Positions 1 to 9,404 of a DNA stretch of 64,000 nucleotides are shown piece by piece. How positions within the stretch are numbered: position 1 is the first letter of the stretch; the number at the start of each line of letters is the position of its first letter. The translations under genes and the position numbers were made by a program. The stretch lies in contig CBDBFH010000029.1 in the NCBI GenBank assembly GCA_965204775.1, forward strand, positions 1-64,000, given 5' to 3'. The notes under the pieces are model-generated. The model searched no databases. It was not told where the DNA came from and was given only the letters and a program-made list of their open reading frames with translations. The stretch is from Alphaproteobacteria bacterium (GTDB lineage Bacteria > Pseudomonadota > Alphaproteobacteria > JAPOUT01 > G958296285).

Positions 1-561
1 GCCAGGCTTTTCGAACAGGATGCAGCCGCCGACGCCAATCCGAGCGAGCTGGACGCCAAGAAAACTCCGGGCGGAGACGATGCCAACCTCGTCCGGGGCA
101 CGGATGAGCCTGCAAGGCTCATCGATAACCCCGACATTGCGCCGCCGTCCGCGGACCTCGCATCCCTGATAAAGGGCGACCTCAACCAGCTCGACATCAC
201 TCTGGATGGCGCCCTGGAAGCCGAGATCGCCGGCTATGGCGATTTAAACGCCGATGACATCGACGATGCGCTGGTGCTCTACACCTATACCTCGCCGCAG
301 CCCGCTTATCGGCAATTCATTGCAATCTACATGTCCGATGGTGAAACCTACCAGCTAACGGCAACCAAGCCCGTGAGCGGCACAATCAGCGCCACTATGG
401 GTGCACGAATTGTGGCGATCGATCGAGGCGTCATCCATCTCTTCCTGGAGGCGTTCGAGCCCGGCGACCCCTCCTGCTGCCCAAGCGGCACACAACACCA
501 AACCTTGGCACTGCGCGAGCTCGATCTGGTGGAAATCGACGTCGATGCACCAACGCGGTGA
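1..561 (+). CDS. hypothetical protein, 5' partial (ORF open to window edge)
   Basis: Frame-1 ORF runs without a stop from position 1 to TGA at 559-561; acidic N-terminal region; no family recognised. Confidence 0.35.
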   Translation, partial: ARLFEQDAAADANPSELDAKKTPGGDDANLVRGTDEPARLIDNPDIAPPSADLASLIKGDLNQLDITLDGALEAEIAGYGDLNADDIDDALVLYTYTSPQPAYRQFIAIYMSDGETYQLTATKPVSGTISATMGARIVAIDRGVIHLFLEAFEPGDPSCCPSGTQHQTLALRELDLVEIDVDAPTR

Positions 562-636
562 AGCAGCGAGACCGCCGACCTCCCAGATGCTTCCCGAACA
601 CCTTTTCGTGAAACGCCACCCAGACACCACCCTCTC

Positions 637-1224
637 TCAGACCGGCGAGGGTTCGGCGCGCGCCTCGCTCCAGTTGGGCTTGAAGCTGAGCACTTGAACC
701 GCAGCCGGAAGTTTTGGGTTGAAAAGCGCATTGTGCCAGTAGGTTGCCTGAAAAGCCTGATCGTCGGCATCAAGAAGCTCAGCGCTGCAGGTCAGCCAAA
801 AACGCTGGCTGAATTGTTCAAACTCAAGGACACAGTCACGTCGCCCGGCAAGCACCTTCGGCAATTCGGCCTCGATCGCGAAAACCGCGGTCAGACGATC
901 ATCGAACTGCCGGGGATCTTGAAAATGCGATGACTGCAGATAGCGAAGAGCCGCCTGGTAGCGCTCCCTCGGATCGTGAGTACGTCTTACGATATGTCGA
1001 AATTCATCGGTGCTGGTTCTTGGCTCGATGGGGGTGATCACCACGGTGATAGCGCCTGCGTCCTGACCGGCGACCGTGAGCTTCGGGCGCATGCCTTCGG
1101 TCGGCCGAGCCTCGCCCTCACGAACGGCAAGCTGACGCAGGCGGCATTGCCAGCCGAGAAAGGCTTGGCGCAGGCCGTCGTTCACGGATTGCATGCGGAC
1201 AATTTTATCGTCAGATTCCAGCAA
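637..1224 (-). CDS. hypothetical protein (195 aa)
   Basis: Clean 195-aa ORF with ordinary amino-acid composition, convergent with the upstream ORF; no motif recognised. Confidence 0.4.
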   Translation of the reverse strand: MLESDDKIVRMQSVNDGLRQAFLGWQCRLRQLAVREGEARPTEGMRPKLTVAGQDAGAITVVITPIEPRTSTDEFRHIVRRTHDPRERYQAALRYLQSSHFQDPRQFDDRLTAVFAIEAELPKVLAGRRDCVLEFEQFSQRFWLTCSAELLDADDQAFQATYWHNALFNPKLPAAVQVLSFKPNWSEARAEPSPV

Positions 1225-1529
1225 ATCGGCGGTTCCTCGAACGAGAAGATCCTAAAGGAAAGAGAAGGATCAGGGTCCAAAGGCTAGTATCCACCGGGAA
1301 ATTGATGACTGCAATTCTCGAAATCGAGAGGCCGACCAGACACCTGGCCAAGGCTGACCATCAAAAGCCCCCCTCGCACTTCGCGATGCTGACTGCAGCC
1401 CCCTCGCCACCGGGACTATCCGGGCCAAAGCGGAGCCCGCTCCGGCCCTCGATACCTATCGCAAAGCCAAAACCGCCGTCGACCTCCTCCGAAGCTGCAC
1501 CCGCTGCTCAAGGATTGTGAGGTGGGCAG

Positions 1530-2171
1530 CTACCCTGCGGCACGGACCGTTTTGCAGAACGCGCTGGAGGGCAGCATCAGCCCGATGCCGGTGTCCTTGA
1601 ACTCATCGTAAGCGGCCTCGGTCGAGCTGCGCTCCGCCAGAATGGCGAGTGTGATGCCAATCACCTGGCCTTGCTCGTCGAACACCGGCCCGCCCGACGT
1701 GCCGAGCCCTACCGGAAAGCCCAGCGAGACATAGCGACCGGCAATCAGGCCACTATTCGGCAGATAGCCGCCCACCAGCACCCACTGGGACTGAATGGGG
1801 TGGCCGACGGAAATGACATGCTGGCCGGGCAGAGGCTGCTCGCAGGTGAGCTGCACATTGGGGTGGCCATCGGGTATGGCGACGTCGATCAAGGCGAGAT
1901 CATGCTCCGGATCGCTCCAGATCACGCTGCCAGCATTAGCCTCGCCGTTGAAAAAGCGGATGTCGAGACTGTCCCCCTGAACGACATGATGCGCGGTGAG
2001 CACACGACGAGGGCCAATGATCAGGCCGGAGCCATGCCCCTTCTCATGCTCGATCAGCACCGTCGATCGATGCAGCGGCGTCACGGACGATTTCGGCGAT
2101 GAGCTGCAGCCCATCAAAAAGGCCGCGAGCAGACCACCGATGAAAGCGAGGCGAAGACCACCTGTCAGCAA
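1530..2171 (-). CDS. trypsin-like (S1) serine protease, lipoprotein
   Basis: Signal peptide plus lipobox (LMGC); catalytic His (TAHHVV), Asp (DLALI) and Ser (GTSGGPV) motifs of the chymotrypsin fold. Confidence 0.7.
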   Translation of the reverse strand: MLTGGLRLAFIGGLLAAFLMGCSSSPKSSVTPLHRSTVLIEHEKGHGSGLIIGPRRVLTAHHVVQGDSLDIRFFNGEANAGSVIWSDPEHDLALIDVAIPDGHPNVQLTCEQPLPGQHVISVGHPIQSQWVLVGGYLPNSGLIAGRYVSLGFPVGLGTSGGPVFDEQGQVIGITLAILAERSSTEAAYDEFKDTGIGLMLPSSAFCKTVRAAG

Positions 2172-2481
2172 AATGGTTCCTCCGGCGTTTTTGGCTTATT
2201 TCGTTAAAACTTTAGTGATCATAATTCAATGAATCCGCAACAGCCATGGCCGATGCGCAGGAAATACGTACGGGATTACCGATACAGGCTGGTATCTGGC
2301 TACCCGACACCACCATCGCAACCCGCCCCATGGCTCTCAAGAATAATTTTAAGAAAACTCAAGCAAGTGTGATTTCGCTCACATAAGCCTTGAAGGCATA
2401 CGTCTATAACAAAGCATGCCTCCCTTTCGGAGCCGGCCATTGATCAGCAGGCAGGCTCCCCCCGAATCTCCCTGGTAATTG

Positions 2482-2513
2482 GCCCTGGCTCTGACGAGCC
2501 GGGGCTTTTTTTT
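2482..2513 (+). terminator. Rho-independent terminator, plus strand
   Basis: GC hairpin gccctggctc-tgac-gagccggggc followed by T8; it lies in an intergenic region between two minus-strand genes, so it must end an unannotated plus-strand transcript. Confidence 0.5.
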
Positions 2514-2677
2514 GCGCGAATGTTCCGCTTCAGCCTTTCGGCCCTGTAGTGCGGCGACACGCAATCTTTCCCACGCCATGCCGACAAGAAGCCGCATACC
2601 CTGGAAATCCCTGGTTCGTTCTTCGAAAGCGGCGGAAACCAGATGACGTGGTCACACCACCACCACCACCACCACCA

Positions 2678-3449
2678 CTAGCGAAGGCTGATACGGCCAA
2701 GGCCGGGAAGCTTGATCGCCAGCTCCATCGGATCGAAACCGAGCGTCAGGCCGAGAAGATGGAGCTCGACGCCTTCGTCCCGGCTGAGCGAAGCGCCGAA
2801 AACCCCGAAAATCGAGAGCTGATAGCCGCTGCCCGATGGAGTCGATGCCGCAAAAGCCCCCTGATCCAGAAAATCCTTGCCGATGGCGGTCGGCGGCAGT
2901 TCCAGGCCAAGATCAGGGACTTTCCGGCCGAGATGGGCGATGAAGGTGTTGGAGTTGGGGCCGGGCCAGGTGACGTAGCTGTTGGGGTAGGGATAGCCCT
3001 CGATCGCGCGCTCGACGTCCTCGACCAGGACTTCGACCTCCGGGCCACGCCGATCGAGCAGCAGTTCCGGCGGGTTGCCCGCCCAGTTGCCATCGGCGGC
3101 ATGGCGGTTTCTGCGCACGGCAGGCGCGCCCTGGTTCACCCCCCCAGCCGACCACCTCGTAGCGATCATAGGCCGTCGATCCAGCATGCTTCAAGGTGAT
3201 CCAGCTATGAACCGCGAACACGCCCTTCCAGCCCCAGGCGCGCGCCGCATACACCTGAACGACCGCATCATCGATACCGGCCGGATTGGCGTCGATGATG
3301 CCGGCACTGGCCCAACTTGCCTGGCTCCAATGCTTATAGCCCTGGATGCGGCTCGCCATCAGCAGATGCGGTACGATCAAAAGGGCCAGAAAAACCAGAA
3401 AAACCATCATCAAACGAAACCTCATCCCGCCTCCAAGGCGCCGTGGCAT
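2678..3449 (-). pseudogene. DUF3750 family membrane protein, interrupted by a frameshift at a C7/G7 homopolymer (about 3137-3143)
   Basis: ORFs 2913..3449 (TM helix, WASAGI, VQVYAARAWGWKG, YDRYEVVGWG) and 2678..3187 (VRRNRHAADGNWAGNPPELL, WPGPNSNTFIAHL) are the N- and C-halves of a single DUF3750 protein in different frames; the junction is at the poly-C run. Confidence 0.55.
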
Positions 3450-3753
3450 AGCGGAAACTATTGTCCAGAATCGATGAACCCGGCCTTAACCGAGAAACTG
3501 ACCTTGACCGTCATGGTGAAGAGCCGGGCCTGGAACCGCCTGGACGGGGGTTGTGCCTCCTCGAAGGGCACTTCCCGCATTACGATTATCCTGGCCGCTC
3601 TGCAAGATTTAGACTTGCGTTCGCCCCATGCGATGACAACTATAGTTTGAGCTAATGATGTGATGATTGATGTCTGTATCTGGAAAAAAGACTGACCTTC
3701 CCACTGCCACGTCGCACCGTTCACCGGCGAGACGACCGCCAAGGCGGCCGGAT

Positions 3754-3879
3754 ATGTCGACCATGCTGAAGAGGGTCCTGGGCGTCGTTCTGCTGGTTTC
3801 GACAACCGGCCTTGCCAGTTGCCAGGCCATGTGGGCCAAAGCGCTGTTCATCCCCTTTCCCTTCGGTTTCTGGAACTGA
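3754..3879 (+). CDS. small lipoprotein (41 aa)
   Basis: MSTMLKRVLGVVLLVSTTGLASC: signal peptide plus lipobox (LASC); AGG-rich RBS 7 nt upstream; the gene sits directly upstream of the xpaC-like gene. Confidence 0.35.
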   Translation: MSTMLKRVLGVVLLVSTTGLASCQAMWAKALFIPFPFGFWN

Positions 3880-3882
3880 GCA

Positions 3883-4674
3883 ATGGCATGGTCCCGCCCG
3901 TCGCGCCGACGCCCGATCTGGATAGGCGGCTGGCTCCTGTTCCTCCTGCCCCTACCACTCTTTTGGGCCATGTTGATCTCCCTCGCCAAGGGTGCGCTTG
4001 GTGGGTTTTTGGCAAGTGCCATCGCGCTCGGCCTGTTGCTGCTCGGCGCCTGGATCACCAGACGCGGCCTCTATCAGGCTAAACGCCGCCCGATGAGTTC
4101 CTCGCTCCCGCTAAAGTCGATCGGGGGCGTGATCACGGCCGTCGGCACCGCATTCACGGCCTGGGTCGCTGGGCACAATCCATTGATGGGCATTTGCTTC
4201 GGGCTCGCAGCACTGGTCGGTTTCTACCTGGCCTATGGATTCGACAAGCGCTTCAAACTCTCCAGCGACAAGGATGTGGCGTCTGCCCTCGAAGAGGCCT
4301 ATCGGAAGCTGGAGCGGCTGGAAGCGGCGGGCGAAACCATCGGCTCGCGGGACTTCCGCGATCGGCTGCAGCGCATAAGCGGTTGGGGCGAAAAGATCCT
4401 CGACCGTATCGGCGACGATCCCGAGGATTTCCGGCGCGCGCGAAAATTTCTGAACGTCTATCTGGATGGCGCACAGCAGGTGACGGACAAGTTCGCCCGC
4501 ACGAGGAGCGACGCCAACTCCGCCGAGCTCGAGGAAAACTTCCGTACACTGCTCACCGACATGGAAACTGTATGCGAGGAGCAGTACCAGCACCTGCTCG
4601 ACAACGACATGGTCGACCTCGACGTGCAGATCGAGGTTCTGACCACGCGCCTGAAACGGGAAGGCGTCTATTGA
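3883..4674 (+). CDS. 5-bromo-4-chloroindolyl phosphate hydrolysis (XpaC-like) family membrane protein
   Basis: Four N-terminal TM helices followed by a coiled-coil soluble domain; located immediately upstream of a TelA-family gene, as in the yaaN-xpaC pairing. Confidence 0.6.
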   Translation: MAWSRPSRRRPIWIGGWLLFLLPLPLFWAMLISLAKGALGGFLASAIALGLLLLGAWITRRGLYQAKRRPMSSSLPLKSIGGVITAVGTAFTAWVAGHNPLMGICFGLAALVGFYLAYGFDKRFKLSSDKDVASALEEAYRKLERLEAAGETIGSRDFRDRLQRISGWGEKILDRIGDDPEDFRRARKFLNVYLDGAQQVTDKFARTRSDANSAELEENFRTLLTDMETVCEEQYQHLLDNDMVDLDVQIEVLTTRLKREGVY

Positions 4675-4743
4675 TCCGGGGGTCGTACGACGACAGCGGG
4701 CCGTGCGATAACAGCGGGACGACGTATAGGGAGGCTATTTACG

Positions 4744-5892
4744 ATGGCGACTGAAACCACCACCGAGATATCAACAACACCGATGCCGATGACACCGGAA
4801 GCGCTCTTGAAGGGTGATCTGGTCCCCTATGATGAAGCCGACGTCGACAAGCGCGGAAGAATCGAAAAGTGCATCACCGAACTCGAGATGGATGACGCCA
4901 ACTCCATCATCTTCTTCGGCTCCAAGGCGCAAAAGCAGCTCACTACAATCTCCGACCACATGCTCGAAGGCGTCAAGAACAAGGACACCGGCCCGGCCGG
5001 CGCGTCACTCAACAACATGGTGACGATCCTTAGGGGCTTCGACGTCGAAGGGTTGGACCCGCGCCTCGAACCCTCCTGGATCGAAAAAATCTTCGGCTGG
5101 GGCAAGCCGGTCGCCAAGTTCCTGCAGCGCTATGAGGAAGTCCGCGATCAGATCGACCGGATCGGCGACGAGCTCGAGCATCACAAGACGACGCTGATGA
5201 CCGACATCGCGTCGCTCGATCGCCTCTACGAGGCCAATCTCGATTATTTCCATACCCTTGCCGACTACATCGCGGCTGGTGAGGAAATGCTGAAACGGGC
5301 CGACGAGGAGATGATCCCCGCCCTGCACAAGGAAGCCGAAGCAAGCGGCGACGTGCTGAAAGCCCAGGAACTCCGGGATCTCAGATCCGCCCGTGACGAT
5401 CTGGAACGGCGCGTCCATGACCTCCGGCTGACCCGCCAAGTCGCCATGCAGGGCCTGCCGAGCATTCGCCTGGTGCAGGAGAACGACAAAAGCCTCCTGA
5501 CCAAAATTAACTCGACCATGGCCAACACCATCCCGCTCTGGCGCCAGCAGCTCGCCCAGGCCGTGACCATCCACCGTTCCAACCAGGCCTCCAAGACCCT
5601 GAAAAACGCGACCGACCTTACCAACGAACTCCTGACCGCCAATGCCGAAAACCTGAAGCAGGCCAATGCCGAGATCAGGAAAGAGGTCGAGCGCGGCGTG
5701 TTCGACATCGAGGTGGTCGTCAATGCCAACAAGATGCTGATCGACACCATCGAAGAAAGCCTGCAGATCGCCGACGACGGCAAAAGAAAGCGTATCGAGG
5801 CCGAAGCCAAGCTCCATGAGTGCGAAATCGAACTCCGCAACGTCCTGGCCTCAGCAAGGGCAAAGCAACCCGGCGGGCCGCCGGCTGCGTGA
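4744..5892 (+). CDS. telA: toxic anion resistance protein, TelA/KlaB family
   Basis: 382 aa, fully alpha-helical and acidic, with typical TelA length and composition; paired with an XpaC-like gene. Confidence 0.7.
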   Translation: MATETTTEISTTPMPMTPEALLKGDLVPYDEADVDKRGRIEKCITELEMDDANSIIFFGSKAQKQLTTISDHMLEGVKNKDTGPAGASLNNMVTILRGFDVEGLDPRLEPSWIEKIFGWGKPVAKFLQRYEEVRDQIDRIGDELEHHKTTLMTDIASLDRLYEANLDYFHTLADYIAAGEEMLKRADEEMIPALHKEAEASGDVLKAQELRDLRSARDDLERRVHDLRLTRQVAMQGLPSIRLVQENDKSLLTKINSTMANTIPLWRQQLAQAVTIHRSNQASKTLKNATDLTNELLTANAENLKQANAEIRKEVERGVFDIEVVVNANKMLIDTIEESLQIADDGKRKRIEAEAKLHECEIELRNVLASARAKQPGGPPAA

Positions 5893-6025
5893 CTTGCCAG
5901 GTGACCGTGCCTGAACACCTGGTGTATCCGACGGCACCGTCGGAGCGACCGGAAACACCGTCGGCACAAGCCGAGAACCGCGACAGCGTCAACGGTCCGC
6001 CGCGTCGGCGGAAAGGAGTAGTTTT

Positions 6026-7333
6026 ATGATTTGGGATAAGATTGTCGGCGAATTTGTCGATGTCATCGAGTGGACTGATGACAGTTCGGACACGATGCTC
6101 TGGCGTTTTGAGCGGCATGGTAACGAGATCAAATATGGCGCGCAGCTGACCGTGCGCGAGAGCCAGATTGCGGTGTTCGTCAATGAAGGGCGGGTCGCCG
6201 ATGTGTTCGAGCCTGGCATGTATACGCTGGAGACCGCGAACCTGCCGATCATCTCCACCATGGAGAACTGGCATCACGGCTTCCAGAGCCCCTTCAAGGC
6301 CGAGATCTATTTCGTCAACACCAAGCGCTTCACCGATCTCAAATGGGGCACCAAGCACCCGGTGACGTTGCGTGATCCGGAATTCGGGCCTGTGCGCCTG
6401 CGCGCCTTCGGCACCTATGTCACCAAGATCAAAGATCCGGTCGTGTTCATCCGCGAAATCGCCGGCACGGATGGCCATTTCACGACGGATGAGATCACCG
6501 ACCAGCTCCGCAACATGATCGTCTCCCGCTTCTCCTCGGTCATGGCGGACAGCGGCATTCCCGTCCTCGATCTCGCCGCCAATTTCGAAAAACTCGGCAC
6601 CTTCCTCACCAACAAGATCATGCCCGAGTTCGATCTCTACGGCCTTGAGCTCGCGCAGATGATGGTGGAAAGCATCTCCCTGCCGGACGCCGTCGAGGAA
6701 GCGCTCGACAAGCGCACCAGCATGGGCGTGGTCGGTGATCTGTCGAAATACACCCAGTACCAGACCGCCGAAGCCATCGCCATGGCCGCCGAAAACCCAG
6801 GCGGCGCGGCCGGCGCCGGGGTCGGCATCGGCGCCGGCATCGCCATGGGCCAGCAAATGGCCGACCAACTGTCCGGCGCGGCCGGCTCGTCGACTTCATC
6901 TTCAAGTCAGCCTGGGGGTGCTGCCCCCCCGAGCGGGGCGGCGAAGCCTATGAAAACCCTCGAAACCGCCGTGATGAATCTGGGCGGCGCGCTGGACAGG
7001 CTTGAAGCCGCCTGGACCGCCCGCGCCAATACGCCGCCGCCCGCCCGGCCTGCCCCGGAAGAAGCCCAGCGAATCGCCGAACTGGAGGCCGAAATCGAAC
7101 ATCTGCGCGCCGAGGGCGCCCGCCTCGAACAGGAAGCCCAGGCCGCCCGAAACCAGGCCGCCGCCGCGTCTGAAGCCATTGCTGAAGCCGCCGCCGCCCC
7201 TGCCGAGCCTGCCGGGCGCGGGGAAGCCGCCGAAATCGCCCTCGAACTCGCCACCCTGCTCGACGGCGCGATCCACGGATTGCGCAATGTGCTCGATTCG
7301 GCGCCCTCGCCCAACCCGCCCGCCCGGAACTGA
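6026..7333 (+). CDS. SPFH/band-7 domain protein with C-terminal Gly/Ala-rich linker and coiled coil
   Basis: N-terminal 270 aa resemble the SPFH domain (virion-core-protein-like annotation family, YdjI-like); the C-terminal half is low-complexity plus coiled coil. Confidence 0.7.
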   Translation: MIWDKIVGEFVDVIEWTDDSSDTMLWRFERHGNEIKYGAQLTVRESQIAVFVNEGRVADVFEPGMYTLETANLPIISTMENWHHGFQSPFKAEIYFVNTKRFTDLKWGTKHPVTLRDPEFGPVRLRAFGTYVTKIKDPVVFIREIAGTDGHFTTDEITDQLRNMIVSRFSSVMADSGIPVLDLAANFEKLGTFLTNKIMPEFDLYGLELAQMMVESISLPDAVEEALDKRTSMGVVGDLSKYTQYQTAEAIAMAAENPGGAAGAGVGIGAGIAMGQQMADQLSGAAGSSTSSSSQPGGAAPPSGAAKPMKTLETAVMNLGGALDRLEAAWTARANTPPPARPAPEEAQRIAELEAEIEHLRAEGARLEQEAQAARNQAAAASEAIAEAAAAPAEPAGRGEAAEIALELATLLDGAIHGLRNVLDSAPSPNPPARN

Positions 7334-7353
7334 ACCAGAGGAAAAACCGCCTC

Positions 7354-7719
7354 ATGCCCCAAATTCGGGTTTCAATCCTGGGCCGCAATTACGCCGTCGC
7401 CTGCGGTGAGGGCGAAGAAGAGCGCCTGCGCCAGCTGGCCGCCTATCTGCAGTCCCGCCTCGGCACCCTCACCCCGGAACAGGGCAAAGCCGCAGGAAAA
7501 CTCAGCGAAACCCATCTGGTCGTCCTGGCCGGACTGATGACCGCCGACGAATTGTTCGAGACCCGCGAGGAAGTGCAAAAACTTAAGCGCGCCGTCAAAG
7601 ACGCCGAAGAAGCCGTCGGCGCAGAAAAACGCCGGACCGAAAACGAACAAAACGCCCTCATCACCGCCCTCGAACAGGCCGCCAAACGAATCGAACGGCT
7701 GACCGGCCTCATGGCCTGA
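7354..7719 (+). CDS. zapA: cell division protein ZapA
   Basis: 121 aa; N-terminal V-I-G-Y-C pattern followed by a coiled-coil C-terminus; conserved zapA-ssrS-5FCL synteny. Confidence 0.8.
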   Translation: MPQIRVSILGRNYAVACGEGEEERLRQLAAYLQSRLGTLTPEQGKAAGKLSETHLVVLAGLMTADELFETREEVQKLKRAVKDAEEAVGAEKRRTENEQNALITALEQAAKRIERLTGLMA

Positions 7720-7774
7720 TCGCCCCCGCCGGGCCGCGCGCCCCGCCAAGGGTTTTGCTTTGCACCGGCTTTGC

Positions 7775-7965
7775 GCTAAACTGACATTTCGGATGCTGCC
7801 CGGCGCGACAAGAGCATTCTTGACTCCCGGGCCTGACGATCCTTAAGGGAGCCGTCCCTGTCGCCGGTCGTGGCCGGTTTCATATGGCGCCCACCTGCTT
7901 TTGCAGGACCCGGGGATCGTATCGCTCTAACGCCCAGGGCGGCTCCGAACCCCGTCCCGGTTGCG
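7775..7965 (+). ncRNA. ssrS: candidate 6S RNA (SsrS); coordinates approximate
   Basis: A 260-nt non-coding gap lies between zapA and the 5-formyl-THF cyclo-ligase gene, the universally conserved ssrS position; internal hairpins (cctgcttttgcagg) and potential pairing of the ends; no covariance-model check was possible. Confidence 0.35.
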
Positions 7966-7982
7966 CAGCAGGAGGCACAAAC

Positions 7983-8597
7983 TTGAACACCAAAACCCCC
8001 GATGCAGAACTCAAGCGCGCCAAAGACAAGGCGCGGAAACAAGCCGACAGAATCCGCAAAAACATCGCACCCGAAGGCGGCGAAGAAGCCGCCGCCCGCC
8101 TCGCCGACCACTTCCTCGAAACCATTGCCCTGCCCGCCCCGGCCATCGTCGCCGGATATTGGCCGATCCGCGAGGAAATCAGCTCCCTGACCCTCCTGCG
8201 CCTCCTCCACGAACGCGGCCAGCCCTGCGCCCTCTCCCGCCTCGACGCCGAAGGCGAACCCCTCTCCTTCCGCAGATGGTCACCCGGCGACCCCCTCGAA
8301 GACGGCCCCTTCGACATCCCCCAGCCCCGCGCCGCCGCCCCGGCCTGCGCGCCTGACGCGCTCCTCATCCCCCTCCTCGCCTTCGACCGCCAGGGCCACC
8401 GCCTCGGATACGGGCGCGGCTACTACGACCGCGCCCTCGCCGAACTCAAAGCCAAAAAAACCATCTGCGCCGTCGGCCTCGCCTTCGCCGTCCAGGAAGT
8501 CCAGCACGTCCCCGCCGCAAGCCACGACATCCAGCTCGACTACATCGCCACCGAAAAGGCTTGCCTGCCAATCAAAAAAACCCCGCAAAATCAATAA
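7983..8597 (+). CDS. 5-formyltetrahydrofolate cyclo-ligase
   Basis: GYWPIREE and GYGRGYYDR motifs; probable TTG start at 7983 (the ORF track extends upstream to 7884). Confidence 0.75.
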   Translation: MNTKTPDAELKRAKDKARKQADRIRKNIAPEGGEEAAARLADHFLETIALPAPAIVAGYWPIREEISSLTLLRLLHERGQPCALSRLDAEGEPLSFRRWSPGDPLEDGPFDIPQPRAAAPACAPDALLIPLLAFDRQGHRLGYGRGYYDRALAELKAKKTICAVGLAFAVQEVQHVPAASHDIQLDYIATEKACLPIKKTPQNQ

Positions 8598-8660
8598 AAG
8601 CCATGATCCGATAATCGAATAAAATAGCCGTCTCTCCTGATTCGCCTCCCCCGCGCACAC

Positions 8661-9404
8661 ATGGCCGGCCACTCCAAATTCAAGAACATCCAGCACCGCA
8701 AAGGCGCGCAGGACAAAAAACGCGCCCTGCATTTCTCCAAACTCGCCCGCGAAATCACCGCCGCCGCCCGGACCGGCAAACCCGACCCCGACAGCAATCC
8801 CCGCCTGCGCGCCGCCATCCAGACCGCCCGCGCCGCCAATATGCCCAAAGACAATATCGAACGCGCCCGCGCCAAAGGCCGCGACCCCGGCGGCGGAAAC
8901 TATGAACCCGTCCGCTATGAAGGCTTCGGGCCGGAGGGGATCGGCGTCATCGTCGAGACCCTCACCGACAACCGAAACCGGACCTCGGCCTCCCTGCGCA
9001 GCATCTTCTCCCGGCATGGCGGCTCGCTGGGGGAGAGCAACGCGGTCGCCTTTCTGTTCGAGCAGATCGGCGAAATCGTCTATCCGGACCGGCAGATGGA
9101 TTCCGACGCCGCCCTCGAAGCCGCCCTCGAAGCCGGGGCGCAGGACTGCCTGACCGGTGACCGGACCCATGCCTTCCTCTGCCCGCCCGCCGCCGTCCAC
9201 GAGACCGCCGGGCGGCTGGAGAGCGCCCTGGGCGCGCCGCCCTCTTCTATCCGCCTCGCCTGGCGGCCCAGAGAAGCCGCCCCGTGCAGCGAAGACGCCC
9301 GCGCCCAACTCGGCAAAATCCTCGCCGAACTCGAAGAAAATGACGACGTCCAGCACGTCTACGCCGCAACCGGCCCCCTCGGCAGGGCAGGGCAGGGGGC
9401 ATGA
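8661..9404 (+). CDS. yebC: YebC/PmpR family DNA-binding transcriptional regulator
   Basis: MAGHSKFKNIQHRK...NPRL: canonical YebC N-terminus; 247 aa. Confidence 0.9.
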   Translation: MAGHSKFKNIQHRKGAQDKKRALHFSKLAREITAAARTGKPDPDSNPRLRAAIQTARAANMPKDNIERARAKGRDPGGGNYEPVRYEGFGPEGIGVIVETLTDNRNRTSASLRSIFSRHGGSLGESNAVAFLFEQIGEIVYPDRQMDSDAALEAALEAGAQDCLTGDRTHAFLCPPAAVHETAGRLESALGAPPSSIRLAWRPREAAPCSEDARAQLGKILAELEENDDVQHVYAATGPLGRAGQGA

